Shown here: in pieces, positions 10,584-21,284 of the stretch | Position numbering within the stretch: the stretch's first letter is position 1 | Layout of the letters: every line of letters begins with the position of its first letter | NCBI GenBank assembly: GCA_026397015.1 | Contig: JAPLVR010000003.1 | Span: 45,414 to 109,413 of the forward strand | Source of the DNA: Candidatus Iainarchaeum sp. | Lineage (GTDB): Archaea > Iainarchaeota > Iainarchaeia > Iainarchaeales > JAAZKV01 | Direction: 5' to 3' | DNA length: 64,000 nucleotides | Translations under genes and position numbers: made by a program | Notes under the pieces: model-generated | The model's input: only the letters and a program-made list of their open reading frames with translations | Told to the model about the DNA's origin: nothing | Database searches by the model: none

Positions 10584-12017
10584 TTAATAGTGAATTATTC
10601 TGTTGAAATCGATTTCGCCGAACAAAAACAAAATGAGCACAAACCCGATTGAAAGGACAGCGCCCTTAATAACGAAGAGAATTCCTTGGAAAGGAAAGGC
10701 AGCTGAAATCAGAAAAACCACCGCGCCCGCGAATAAAATTTTTGTAAGAGTTTTGAAACTGAAAAATCCGCCGACCTTCGCACCGTAAAAAAACCCAAAC
10801 AAAATGAATCCGAAGATTGAGGAAATTGCAGTGGCGGCGGCCGCCCCTTCAATCCCAAACAAAGGAATCAAAAATAAATTGAGAATCACATCCAAAAGAA
10901 GCATCAAAAACATTATTCCAACAGAAAGCCCAAGTTTTTTTGCAGAGGTGGCGATAGAATTCAAAATCATGCACAGTGCAAAAAAAGCCATGCCCACCGA
11001 AAGAATTATCAGTGCGTTCGCCCCAATTGCATACCCTTGGTTAAATAAAAGCAATAATATTTCTTTTGGGGAAGAGGCGACAACTGAAATGCACAACACG
11101 AGAAACATGGTTGAATATTTCAGGGAGTTTCTCGAAATTTTCCCGATTGAATGAACATCTTTTTCGCTCGCTGCCGCCGAAACGAAAGGGAAAAGCAAAA
11201 ACGGAATTGCAAGCACCACCATGTGAGGCAGTTTGGAAATCGTCTGCACAGCAACATAAATCCCTGAAAAATAATTATCCTTCAATATTGCTTTTATGAG
11301 AAACAGATCAGCCGTTTCAAAAAGCTGAATAAATATTGCAATCATTATCAATGGGGCGGAATAGTAAATAACCTGTTTGAAAGAAATATTTGATTGCTGT
11401 TTTGAATCCCTGTTTTTAAAGACAAAAAAAATGGAGAGAAGCGCGGCAACAACGCTGGCGAGCACAAAGCCCGCAACCGAGCCAAAAACTCCAAAGCCGA
11501 CAACCGCCAACAAAAGAACAAGAACCGTTTTTGAAAAATTATAAACTATCTGAAGAATTGATTCTTCTTTGAATTTTTTCATCCCGTTCAGATAGCCCCA
11601 ACCGAGGGCATAAAGCGCGCTGAAAGGAAACACAAAAGAAATCAGGCGTATGTAATGCGCAAATGAAGCGTCATTAAAAAAGGCAGCGACATTTTCCGCC
11701 CAAACAAAGAAAACAACAAATAAAAAAAGCGAAAAAGAGAATTGAACGAAAAAAACCTTCTTCACTACTGAAAAACGCCCTTTTTTCTCAACCGCTACGA
11801 AGTGGGAAAGCGTCTGCAAAAAAGAATTTTTGAATATTGTGGTGAAAACCGTTGCCAGCGAAATTATTATCCCGTAAACTCCGAATTCAGCCGGTGAAAA
11901 AAAATACTTTCCGAGAATTATGTAAACTAAAAAACCGGAAACAAAAAGAGCCAAATTTCCAAGGACAAGCCAAAAAAGCCCTTTTCGTATCTCCCGTAAA
12001 TTAAATTCTTTCACCAT
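10584..12017 (-). CDS. Polysaccharide flippase (Wzx/MOP family)
   Basis: About 14 TMs; 'PAEFGVY', 'LNLFLIPLFGIEGAAAAT'. Confidence 0.9.
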   Translation of the reverse strand: MVKEFNLREIRKGLFWLVLGNLALFVSGFLVYIILGKYFFSPAEFGVYGIIISLATVFTTIFKNSFLQTLSHFVAVEKKGRFSVVKKVFFVQFSFSLFLFVVFFVWAENVAAFFNDASFAHYIRLISFVFPFSALYALGWGYLNGMKKFKEESILQIVYNFSKTVLVLLLAVVGFGVFGSVAGFVLASVVAALLSIFFVFKNRDSKQQSNISFKQVIYYSAPLIMIAIFIQLFETADLFLIKAILKDNYFSGIYVAVQTISKLPHMVVLAIPFLLFPFVSAAASEKDVHSIGKISRNSLKYSTMFLVLCISVVASSPKEILLLLFNQGYAIGANALIILSVGMAFFALCMILNSIATSAKKLGLSVGIMFLMLLLDVILNLFLIPLFGIEGAAAATAISSIFGFILFGFFYGAKVGGFFSFKTLTKILFAGAVVFLISAAFPFQGILFVIKGAVLSIGFVLILFLFGEIDFNRIIHY

Positions 12018-12174
12018 TCAAAAAAACCTTCAATTAATGCGCTTCAAAATCGAGCATATACTAATTTGTTTTTATCTCTTTAAAAAAGATTTGGTATAGT
12101 ATAAAGTTCATAAGGCAATCAAAATCAGCGAAACATTAATTCAGGGAAAAAAATAAATTTGTTGCTTTGTTGAA

Positions 12175-13761
12175 GTGAGCGGTTTGAAGGACAAACAATC
12201 ACAGTTGCCAAGAAAATTGTGGACCTGGCTGCCTGCAATGGCAATAATCTTTGCAGTCATTTTTATACTTCTGCAGCTGCAAAAACCCATAGCCGCGGAC
12301 GAATTCTGGTATTTTGACAGTGCAAAATCTCTTCTACAAACAGGAAAGCCGCTTTTGCAATTCTGCTCAAACAGCGTGCCAGTTCTCTTTGAAGGCCATC
12401 CGCCGACATACATCTACTATCTCTCAATTTTTTTTGCACTCTTACCGGAACAGCTGATAAGATTTTCCGGAATTCCGGTCTTTCTGGCGCTCATATTTTT
12501 AACATACCTTGTCAGCCTGAAAGTCTTTTCGGAAAAAAGGAAAGCGATTTTTGTCACGGCACTTTATGCAATAAACCCGCTTGCAATACAGGGCGCGCTG
12601 CTGCTCGACATAGACAACACAATTCTTGCAATCGCAATAACTTTTTTCGTGCTTATTTTATTACACATTCAGGAGCAAAAAAATTTTAGGACAAGGATTG
12701 TTCTTGCCTCAGCGTGTTTCGCCTTAATTTTATGGGCAAAAACAACTGTGATTTTTATAATTTCAGTCGGGCTCGTTGCGTACGCAGTTCTTTTCGACAG
12801 GAAAAAAATAAAGGAAAATTTTGTGATGGCTCTCGGCGGGATAATTTTGTTTTGTGCAAGCTGGGCAGTATTTTGCGCCATCAGCGGAATTGAATTCTTA
12901 AGCGTTTTCGGATACATCGCAAGCACATTTGCAAGCAAATCAACATTGAGCGTCTCCGACAAAATTGTAACAATTTTATACTCAGGATTAAAACAAAATA
13001 TCCTGTGGATAACGATTCCGCTTTCGATTTTTTTCTTCTTGGGCGCAAAGAACACGAAAAACAAAAATCTGAAGCTTTTCGCGCTCGTGTCAATAATTGC
13101 TTTCATCCAGTACCTCCTTTCAATACCTTCAGGATACAGATTTCCAAAGTATATGGCGGCCTTTTTGCCGATGATAATAATTGTTGCGGGGGATGAAATA
13201 ATAAAAATAGATTTCGAAAAGGCAAAAAAATTAATTCCAATTATTCTTTTTCCGGGCGCAGTATTTTTCGCGCTCCTAAGAGATCCTCTGGTGCACGTCA
13301 AAACATTTGCAGACGCCGTTTTTGTTGCCATAATAAACACACTTGCTGCCATGCCTGCGCTTTTTGTAAAAAGAAAAAAAGAGGTGCTGCTACTGCTTTA
13401 CATCGGCACGTGTATCTATATAAACATTTTCCAATTGACCACTGACAGTTCAACGCTTTACAATTACAGCGAAAGGGGCCTTGTCGACACAGCGCAATAT
13501 TTGAAAGCTATGCTGCCAGCCGACTCAAACATATACACCTCCGGAAAAGAAATTGCATATTATTCCGGAACGAACAAGTATTGCTTCAAAACGCAAAACT
13601 TCACTGAGGAAATAGAGAAAAATTGCGTAAAAATGATTGTGTTGAAAAGGTATTGGGAGGAAAAAAATAATCCCGAGCTTGAGGAAATTACAAAAAGCAA
13701 TTTCTCGTTCCAAAAAGAATTCGGAGATTACAGCATTTATTCGACAAATGCGTGCAAATAA
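12175..13761 (+). CDS. GT-C glycosyltransferase (ArnT/GT39-like)
   Basis: 'ADEFWY' DE motif after TM1, GHPPTY, multiple TMs. Confidence 0.8.
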   Translation: MSGLKDKQSQLPRKLWTWLPAMAIIFAVIFILLQLQKPIAADEFWYFDSAKSLLQTGKPLLQFCSNSVPVLFEGHPPTYIYYLSIFFALLPEQLIRFSGIPVFLALIFLTYLVSLKVFSEKRKAIFVTALYAINPLAIQGALLLDIDNTILAIAITFFVLILLHIQEQKNFRTRIVLASACFALILWAKTTVIFIISVGLVAYAVLFDRKKIKENFVMALGGIILFCASWAVFCAISGIEFLSVFGYIASTFASKSTLSVSDKIVTILYSGLKQNILWITIPLSIFFFLGAKNTKNKNLKLFALVSIIAFIQYLLSIPSGYRFPKYMAAFLPMIIIVAGDEIIKIDFEKAKKLIPIILFPGAVFFALLRDPLVHVKTFADAVFVAIINTLAAMPALFVKRKKEVLLLLYIGTCIYINIFQLTTDSSTLYNYSERGLVDTAQYLKAMLPADSNIYTSGKEIAYYSGTNKYCFKTQNFTEEIEKNCVKMIVLKRYWEEKNNPELEEITKSNFSFQKEFGDYSIYSTNACK

Positions 13762-14190
13762 ATGGTGAATTTTATGAGTGGAAGAATGAGCAATTTCGCG
13801 GACAGAATTATTAAATGGAAATTTTTCAGATATTGCTTTTGCGGCGGAATAGCCGCGCTTGTGGACATGACGGTGTTTTTTTCTGCAAATGAAATTTTCA
13901 AGCTGCACTACCTAATAGCGCTTGCGATTTCATTCACCGTCGCAGCGGGTGTTAATTATTCCCTGCAAAGAAAGATAACTTTCAAAAACACCTACAAAAA
14001 AATGCACAAACAATTCCCAGTATTCGTGGCAGTAGAATTAGTCGGGCTTCTGATCGCAGGGGTAAGCATGACGGCGCTTGTGGAAATCTTCCGCCTCTGG
14101 CCGACATTGGCAAGGTTCATTTCAATATTTATCGCGCTGGCGTACAATTACACGGCAAATAAAAAAATAACTTTCAACATGATGAAATAA
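13762..14190 (+). CDS. GtrA family flippase
   Basis: Four TMs, 'FFRYCFCGG..VD', 'NYSLQRKITF', 'NKKITF'. Confidence 0.88.
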   Translation: MVNFMSGRMSNFADRIIKWKFFRYCFCGGIAALVDMTVFFSANEIFKLHYLIALAISFTVAAGVNYSLQRKITFKNTYKKMHKQFPVFVAVELVGLLIAGVSMTALVEIFRLWPTLARFISIFIALAYNYTANKKITFNMMK

Positions 14191-14234
14191 AAAAAGGCGG
14201 CAAAAGAATAAAATAAAAAAAAGGTGGCAACAAA

Positions 14235-15056
14235 GTGAAAAAATACAAAAATATAGAAGGAAGTTATTACGAGGAGGCGCACGGCGGCCGAAACGGGGTG
14301 CAGCAGTTTTTCTACAAATCAAGGGAAGATTATTTCATAGAATTCATGGGATTGAGAGGAAACGAGAAAATAGCGGACATTGGATGCGGATCTGGAACGT
14401 TTACACGCGCACTTGCAAAGAAATATCCAAATATAGAAATGACAGGAATTGACATATCGGAAGACGCAGTTACGTTCGCGAAAAAAACCGCAAAATTTGA
14501 AAAAATCAAAAACGCGAATTTCACGCAAGGCGCTTTGGAAAAAATTCCGGCAAAAGACAATTCTTTTGATGCAATAATCGCATCCCATGTAATTGAACAC
14601 ATCCCGAGCCCGAAAAAGGCATTAATTGAAATTAGAAAGAAGCTTCGCAGCGGCGGAACGCTTTATTTAACAACTCCAAATTACATCTCACTCTGGCCGC
14701 TCGCCGAACTTGTTTTTGACAAAGCAATGGCGAAAAAAGGTTATAGCCTGGATGAACAACACATCTCACGCTTTAATTTTTTGACGATAAAAAAATCTGT
14801 TGAAGGGGCGGGGTTTGAAATTGAAAAAATCAAAACACTTTACATATTTTCTCTTGAAGGGGAAATTCTTTCGCAAACGCTCGGCAAGATTTTATTTTGG
14901 TTTGATAAAAAACTTGACTTTTTGCCTTTTGGAATGATAATTTACATCAAAGCAAAAAAAAAACCAGTGAAAAAATTTAATTCTAATAAATTCAAATCAA
15001 ATATTCGAAACTCAACTAAAAAATCTCAATCTCAAAATTCAGCCAAAAAATCTTAA
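14235..15056 (+). CDS. Class I SAM-dependent methyltransferase
   Basis: IADIGCGSG, FDAIIASHVIEH, LRSGGTLYLTTPN. Confidence 0.9.
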   Translation: MKKYKNIEGSYYEEAHGGRNGVQQFFYKSREDYFIEFMGLRGNEKIADIGCGSGTFTRALAKKYPNIEMTGIDISEDAVTFAKKTAKFEKIKNANFTQGALEKIPAKDNSFDAIIASHVIEHIPSPKKALIEIRKKLRSGGTLYLTTPNYISLWPLAELVFDKAMAKKGYSLDEQHISRFNFLTIKKSVEGAGFEIEKIKTLYIFSLEGEILSQTLGKILFWFDKKLDFLPFGMIIYIKAKKKPVKKFNSNKFKSNIRNSTKKSQSQNSAKKS

Positions 15057-15734
15057 TCTCAAAAGAGTGAATGGAAATTTTACTATTTCCATCTTTCTTA
15101 ATTTCGATTTGCCCGAAGTCCTGTCGGCGAAAAATATAGGCACTTCTTTTATTTTCGCGCCTTTTTTGTGACAATGATAAATCAGCTCTTCCAAAAAAGA
15201 ATAGCTCGTTGATTTTATCTTTGAAAAATCAATTTTTTTTAGAAGTGATATTTTGTAACAGCGAAAACCGGAAGTAAGATCATTTGCAGGAACTCCCAAA
15301 ATAAGGCGCGCCAAAAAATTTGCGCCGCCGCTGATTATTTTTCTTGAAATAGCCCAGTTAGTTCCCCCGCCGGCAACATAGCGAGAGCCTATCACCACAC
15401 CAGCGCCAGCTTGGATTTCACGTATAAAATCTTTTGAATAATCAAAATCATGGGAAAGGTCAGCATCCATCGAAAAAACAACATCCGCGTTCAGCTCAAA
15501 TGCTTTTTTGAATCCCGCAAGATAGGCGGAACCAAGCCCCATTTTGCACGGCCTGGAAACCAAAAAAACTTTCCTGAATTTTTTTGCAGCCTTGGCGGTG
15601 CCATCCGGCGAATTGTCATCTACAACTATTGCCTTAAATTCGACGCCCTTTATTTTCTGGGAAAGGATTTTCGGAAGAAGACGTTCAAGATTTTTCTTTT
15701 CATTATAAGTCGGAATCACTACTGCAGCAATCAA
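15039..15734 (-). CDS. Polyprenol monophosphomannose synthase (DPM1-like, GT2)
   Basis: IPTYNE, VDDNSPDGT, MDADLSH, IGSRYVAGG, DLTSGFRCY. Confidence 0.92.
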   Translation of the reverse strand: MIAAVVIPTYNEKKNLERLLPKILSQKIKGVEFKAIVVDDNSPDGTAKAAKKFRKVFLVSRPCKMGLGSAYLAGFKKAFELNADVVFSMDADLSHDFDYSKDFIREIQAGAGVVIGSRYVAGGGTNWAISRKIISGGANFLARLILGVPANDLTSGFRCYKISLLKKIDFSKIKSTSYSFLEELIYHCHKKGAKIKEVPIFFADRTSGKSKLRKMEIVKFPFTLLRLRFFG

Positions 15735-15828
15735 ATTACCACATAAACGAATGGAACCGTTCAGAATAAAAAGAATAACTACAAAAAATAGGTTGATGGA
15801 TTTAAAATTTTTTTGAAGTGGTAATTAA

Positions 15829-16572
15829 ATGATAGGAATAATAGGCGGCTCGGGATTGGAAGACCCGAAACTACTACATAACGTTAGGGGGGTTAAAATC
15901 AAAACCCCCTTTGGAAAGCACACGCCGATAAAAAAAGGAAAAATAAACGGAATTGAGGTTGCAGTGCTTTCAAGGCACGGATACAAACATGAACATTCGC
16001 CCACTGCGGTGCCTTACAAGGCAAACATGTGGGCGCTGAAAAAACTGGGTTGCAAGGCAATAATTGCGACGAGCGCATGCGGCTCGCTCAAAGAAGAAAT
16101 AAAACCAAACACATTTTCGCTGCCTTCACAATTTCTAGATAGAACGCATCACCGCGACCAGAGCTATACAGAGCATGGAAAAGTGTTGCACATTTCAATG
16201 GCGGAACCTTTCTCGGCTGAACTGAGAAAAATACTTTTAAAAAAATGCAAAGAACTTGGATATGCTTGCACGGCAGAAACAACAGTTGTGACAATTGAAG
16301 GGCCGAGATTTTCAACGAAGGCGGAGAGCAAATTTTACCGCTTGCTCGAATGCGACCTCATCAATATGACTACTGTGCCAGAAGTCTGCCTGGCGAAGGA
16401 AATTGAAATCCCCTACCAAGTAATAAACCTTGTAACAGATTATGACTGCTGGCGCGAGGGAACGGCACCGGTTTCATTTGAAAAAGTGATGAAAGTGATG
16501 CGGGAAAATGCCGAGAAAGTGAAAAAACTTATTGTCGAAACTCTTCCTGAAATAGACGAAGAATTTCGCTAA
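15829..16572 (+). CDS. mtnP: S-methyl-5'-thioadenosine phosphorylase
   Basis: IGIIGGSG, SRHG, SACGSL, IEGPRFSTKAES, NMTTVPE, VTDYDCW. Confidence 0.93.
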   Translation: MIGIIGGSGLEDPKLLHNVRGVKIKTPFGKHTPIKKGKINGIEVAVLSRHGYKHEHSPTAVPYKANMWALKKLGCKAIIATSACGSLKEEIKPNTFSLPSQFLDRTHHRDQSYTEHGKVLHISMAEPFSAELRKILLKKCKELGYACTAETTVVTIEGPRFSTKAESKFYRLLECDLINMTTVPEVCLAKEIEIPYQVINLVTDYDCWREGTAPVSFEKVMKVMRENAEKVKKLIVETLPEIDEEFR

Positions 16573-16615
16573 TCAAATTTTATATTACCAGAAATCCAAT
16601 ATTACCAGTTAGTTT

Positions 16616-17131
16616 CTATATCGCGCCGAACAGGGAAAAAACCCCCACTGTTAAAATTGTGACAATTATTCCGGCGATTGTGACGCCGATTGCATCTGCT
16701 ATGAAAAACTTTTTGTACCCCAACCCCAAAAGATTTCCTATAAGCGCGCCTGTCCACGCGCCCGTTCCGGGCAACGGAACTGCAATGAAGAGCGCCAAGC
16801 CAATCACCCCATATTTTTCAATCAAATTATGGGATTTTTTTTGGGCGCGCACCACAATTTTATTGTAAATTTTTTTTATCCACCCTACTTTTAAAAAAAT
16901 AAAAAGAATTTTGTCGACAAAAAAATAAACAACCATTCCCGCGGCGATGTTTGCCAGCACACACACCATAAAAACAAGCGGAACAGGAAGGCCAAACCCC
17001 TGGACAGTCCCAAGCAGGGGCACATTTTCAACCGTTTTGAAAACCCCTATCGGAATGCTCCACCTGAGTTCGAGAAAAGGCACTGCTGACAGTAAAACCA
17101 GCAAAACAATTTTATCAAGCATCAAAAACAT
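16616..17131 (-). CDS. Small multi-drug export family membrane protein (COG2426-like)
   Basis: PFLELRWSIP and FIAVPLPGTGAWTG signatures. Confidence 0.85.
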   Translation of the reverse strand: MFLMLDKIVLLVLLSAVPFLELRWSIPIGVFKTVENVPLLGTVQGFGLPVPLVFMVCVLANIAAGMVVYFFVDKILFIFLKVGWIKKIYNKIVVRAQKKSHNLIEKYGVIGLALFIAVPLPGTGAWTGALIGNLLGLGYKKFFIADAIGVTIAGIIVTILTVGVFSLFGAI

Positions 17132-17206
17132 TGAGAAGTAAAACTATAAAAACTAGTTTGTTCTAATTAATACGCGGAAAAATGCCTTTTACAAAGATGA
17201 TTATTA

Positions 17207-19987
17207 ATGGGAAAAACACTGAAAGCGCCGATTTTTTTATTTTTAATACTTATTTTTTTAATCCCGGGAATTTTTGCCGGCAGCGCATCCATAAACACTT
17301 TTGATTTGAATGTCGCTTCTGCGACAACACTCTCGGGAGTCAAAGCAACTTTGACATATTTGAACACGGGCGATTTTAATGCGCTCTGCTTCAACACATC
17401 GGATAGCAGTTCGGGCAGCACATGCCAAGAAGGAGATTTTGGGGCTTTTCCAAGTTTAACTTTGGATTACTCTCTGATAAGCGGGATGTCTTCTAATGCA
17501 CAAGAAGGAAGCCACACAATTTACGCATTTGTAAAACAGGATGACGGCGGTTATTCAGCATCGACATCCAAAGGGCTGGTAATTGATGCAAGCGCCCCGA
17601 CATATACTGTTTTTCCGGCAAATAATTCAGACCATAATGTAGGCACATTAACTTTTGATATTAATTTTACCGATTCGTCTACCCCTGTTGTTTCGCTGAT
17701 AAAATTGAACGGAACCACAACAATAACTGACGGATCCTCATTGAGCCCCAGTGACGGAACGCACACAATTACAATTGATGCAAACGACGCGCTCGGAAAC
17801 GCCATGGCAACAGCTACAATTACTTTCAGAGTAGATACTAACGCACCGACATCCGCGAGCGTCAGTTCGGCAAATTCTTCTTCATACACAAATAGCAGCA
17901 CACCCACAATTACCGCGAGCGCCACGGACACAGTTTCGGGAGTCGACGGCGGGCAAATAGCGCTTTCGTGCAAGCCGACCGGCGCATGGTATGTAAGGTC
18001 GTATGCAACGACGATTACTGATTTCAACATAGTTTTAAGCAGCTACGACTGCAACACGAGCGATGGAAATAAATTGATTTATGTTAAGTTCAAAGATGCC
18101 GCTGGCAACTGGACAACAAGTTCTGTTATTACGAACGCACTTATTGACAGGACTGTGCCGAGCGCGCCAAGCGGATTAAGTGCGACTGTTGGAAACGCAC
18201 AGGTTGAATTGAGTTGGAGCGCTCCGGCTGCGGACAGCCTTCCAGGATCGGGAAACGCAGGATATAAAGTGTATAAAGACAATGCTCTTTACGCCACAGT
18301 TACTAGCGCAACAACCAAAACAGTTACAGGACTAACGAACGGCACAAGTTATGGTTTCAAAGTTAGAACTTATGATAATGCGGGAAACTTGAGCGAAGCA
18401 ACCGCGGATGTAAATGCGACGCCTTCGGCTGGGCCTGTTGCGAACGCAACCATCACAGTGAAAAGAGGAACTGCGGCGCCGAGTTATGTGAAAAACGGTG
18501 ACGCTTTAACAGTAACATGCTCTTTCAGCTACGACGTTAATTCCGCAAGAATTTATTACAAATACAGAAATCCTGACCAGGCACAGGAAATCCTCGAAGG
18601 GCCGACAAGCAATGTATCTTCAATAGAGGATACGATAACTCTTGCAAGCGGGTACACAAGCATTGACTTCTGGTGCAATGGAACACAATACAGCGCAACG
18701 GTTTCTTCCTCAACAAATTCAATTTCTTTCGACAACACCGGACCGACAATTGCATGGTCGGATGCGAATGACACCAATGCAGAGTGGAGCGGCACGAAAA
18801 TCGCAGTTGTTACTGCAACGGACGACAAAGGAATGGACACCGTTGAATTCGAACTGAACGGCATAAAATACGGCGCGACAAAAGAAACAGGCACCACAAA
18901 ATATTCTTACAGCTTCAACACAAAGGATTACAACAACACTTCATACACCCTAAAGGCAATCGGCAAAGACATGGCGGGAAACACAACCACAATAACAAAA
19001 TCAATAACGATTCACAACATACTTAATGCAACGCAAATGGCAGAAGAGGCAATTGCGCAGGCAAAGGCAAAAAAAATTATTGTGGAGGATTTGATGAAGT
19101 TTTTTGCAACAGAAGGGCTGGTTTTCCCGGTGAATCTGGTGACAGAAAAGAGTGCGGCAGACCTGCTGTTGAAGGATGCGGAAGCGATAAAAAACAGCGA
19201 CAGCAACAAGGCGACCGAAAAAGCGAATTCCGCAAAAGTTAAGTATTCAGAAATAAATAGCGCCGCTGCAATATCCTCAGACGAAACAAAAACAAAATTT
19301 TATGAATATGACTCAAACAATCTGGTTGAAATACTTTTGAAAGCAGGTTTGAATCAGGACCAGGCCGACGAAGCCAACAAGCTGATAACCGGGACAAAAG
19401 CAACCAGAAAATTAGTAATAGTAAAAGTTGGAAATGATGCAAACGCGGGATATCAGGCAAAAATAGAAATAACTTTTACGAGCGATACAAACGACAGCAC
19501 GCTGAAAATTGTTGAAATTATTCCGAAAGAGTTTGCGCAAAAAGCCACGCAGATTTTCTCCGACTATAATTTTGTAATAATCAACAATGACCCGATAATA
19601 GAATTCACCGTTCCGGTAACAAAAGGCAAGAGCGTAAAAATTTCCTACGGAATAGGAAACATAACAAAAGAACAGGCGGAAGGAATGATTTCAAATAATC
19701 TTGTCGCAAAATTTTCCAGCCCGCCGATAATAATTTCGGCAAGAACAAATGTTGCCGGCACACTGGGCGGTTTTCCTGACATAGTCGGAATACTTATGTG
19801 GGTCGGGATAATACTCATCGTTTTGATTGTTGCCGGCGGGATAATTTACTTCTTAATGCAAAAAAAATCGCCGCCTCTGGGAAAGGACAGTTCGATAGCG
19901 GGCACGGTAAAAGACGCTGTTGTCGATAAAATAATCGCCCCTGAAAACAAAAAAAGCGAAGAAAACCAAATATGGGAGCACAAGTAA
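17207..19987 (+). CDS. Cell-surface protein with Ig-like and fibronectin type III domains and a C-terminal TM anchor
   Basis: Signal peptide; repeated DxxAP / DAxGN Ig-like motifs; FN3 (PSAPSGL..LSW..GYKVY..GLTNGTSYGFKV); TM 'ILMWVGIILIVLIVAGGIIYFL'. Confidence 0.85.
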   Translation: MGKTLKAPIFLFLILIFLIPGIFAGSASINTFDLNVASATTLSGVKATLTYLNTGDFNALCFNTSDSSSGSTCQEGDFGAFPSLTLDYSLISGMSSNAQEGSHTIYAFVKQDDGGYSASTSKGLVIDASAPTYTVFPANNSDHNVGTLTFDINFTDSSTPVVSLIKLNGTTTITDGSSLSPSDGTHTITIDANDALGNAMATATITFRVDTNAPTSASVSSANSSSYTNSSTPTITASATDTVSGVDGGQIALSCKPTGAWYVRSYATTITDFNIVLSSYDCNTSDGNKLIYVKFKDAAGNWTTSSVITNALIDRTVPSAPSGLSATVGNAQVELSWSAPAADSLPGSGNAGYKVYKDNALYATVTSATTKTVTGLTNGTSYGFKVRTYDNAGNLSEATADVNATPSAGPVANATITVKRGTAAPSYVKNGDALTVTCSFSYDVNSARIYYKYRNPDQAQEILEGPTSNVSSIEDTITLASGYTSIDFWCNGTQYSATVSSSTNSISFDNTGPTIAWSDANDTNAEWSGTKIAVVTATDDKGMDTVEFELNGIKYGATKETGTTKYSYSFNTKDYNNTSYTLKAIGKDMAGNTTTITKSITIHNILNATQMAEEAIAQAKAKKIIVEDLMKFFATEGLVFPVNLVTEKSAADLLLKDAEAIKNSDSNKATEKANSAKVKYSEINSAAAISSDETKTKFYEYDSNNLVEILLKAGLNQDQADEANKLITGTKATRKLVIVKVGNDANAGYQAKIEITFTSDTNDSTLKIVEIIPKEFAQKATQIFSDYNFVIINNDPIIEFTVPVTKGKSVKISYGIGNITKEQAEGMISNNLVAKFSSPPIIISARTNVAGTLGGFPDIVGILMWVGIILIVLIVAGGIIYFLMQKKSPPLGKDSSIAGTVKDAVVDKIIAPENKKSEENQIWEHK

Positions 19988-20074
19988 ATTCAAAACCCAA
20001 CTATTTAAGCACCACAAACCATTTCCCGACAAAAGCAAAAATATTAATTAGAGTCGCATCTTATATTACTCGAA

Positions 20075-21223
20075 ATGGACACTATTGCAATAATAGGCGG
20101 CGGGCCGGCAGGGCTCCAGGCGGCGGTGCGGCTGCGGGAACTCGGCTTCGAAGCGACTGTTTTTGAAGAACATGAAGCGATAGGCCTGCCCGAGAATTGC
20201 GGCGGCCTGATTTCAAGGAGCGGAGTGAAAGCGCTTGGGCTTGATTTGGGAGAATGCCTCCAGAATGAAATAAGGGGTGCAAAAATATTTTCTCCGAACG
20301 GAACGATGCTGAAAATTTTATGCCCGAAGCCGGTCGCATACGTCATTGAAAGAAAAGAATTCGACCAGATGCTTGCGCGCAAGGCAAAAGAAAAAGGGGT
20401 AAAAATCGCCCCGCACTCAAGGTTGATTGATATTCACGGGCAAAGCCTTTTTTTCAAGTCGAAGGAAAGGGGCGAGCTAAAAAAGGCGGAGTATGTTATC
20501 GGAGCAGACGGAGTAAATTCAGCCGTGCGGCAGCTCATGGGAACAAGCATTTCGGGCCAAAATTTTATTCACACCGCACAGGCCACCTGCACCGGCAATT
20601 TTGAAAAAGAAACGGTGGAAGTTTACCTCGGAAATTTTGCAGAGGGCTTTTTCGGATGGATGGTCCCAGTCTCAAATGAAAAAGCGCGAATCGGCCTGGG
20701 ATGCAGGCTTGGGAAAAATCCGGCGGAAAATCTGCAAAAATTTATTTCGCAGAAATACCCCGACGCGAAATCTTATGGCACAAAATCTTCGCTAATTCCA
20801 TGCGGCGCACCTCTTACCGGCACACAGCTGCAAAAAGGAAACATGATGCTTCTCGGTGACGCCGCCTTCCAAACAAAAGCCACCACCGGCGGGGGAATAA
20901 TTTTCGGGATGAAGGCGGGAAATATTTTGGCGGAAACGATTGCGGAACACTTAAAACACAAAAAACCTTTGAGTCAGTACGAAAAAAATTTAGCGCCGCT
21001 GAACAAGGAATTGAGAATGCACTGGAAAATAAGAAAATATTTTGACGGAATGAAAAATGGGGAAATTGACGCGCTGATTGCAAAACTGAAGGCGAAGGGG
21101 ATTGAAGAATTTTTGGAGAAGGAAGGCGATATGGACAATCCCTCAAAATTCGTCGGAAAACTTGCAGGCAGGCCGAAGTTCTGGTTCATGGCAAGGACGC
21201 TGCTGGACATCGCGAGAAGCTAA
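20075..21223 (+). CDS. Geranylgeranyl reductase family flavoprotein
   Basis: IIGGGPAG, CGG, GADG, GFFGWMVP, LLGDAA..TGGGI. Confidence 0.88.
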   Translation: MDTIAIIGGGPAGLQAAVRLRELGFEATVFEEHEAIGLPENCGGLISRSGVKALGLDLGECLQNEIRGAKIFSPNGTMLKILCPKPVAYVIERKEFDQMLARKAKEKGVKIAPHSRLIDIHGQSLFFKSKERGELKKAEYVIGADGVNSAVRQLMGTSISGQNFIHTAQATCTGNFEKETVEVYLGNFAEGFFGWMVPVSNEKARIGLGCRLGKNPAENLQKFISQKYPDAKSYGTKSSLIPCGAPLTGTQLQKGNMMLLGDAAFQTKATTGGGIIFGMKAGNILAETIAEHLKHKKPLSQYEKNLAPLNKELRMHWKIRKYFDGMKNGEIDALIAKLKAKGIEEFLEKEGDMDNPSKFVGKLAGRPKFWFMARTLLDIARS

Positions 21224-21284
21224 AAAGACCATTTCACGATTATAAATCCGCTTAAAAATATTGCGCTTTCTAACTTTTTCTAAT

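Noticed and set aside
12669-13352. 227-aa minus-strand ORF
   Set aside because: Antisense shadow of the GT-C gene with no motifs
17551-18897. Several minus-strand ORFs of 67-159 aa
   Set aside because: Antisense to the Thr/Ser-rich FN3/Ig gene; explained by codon bias
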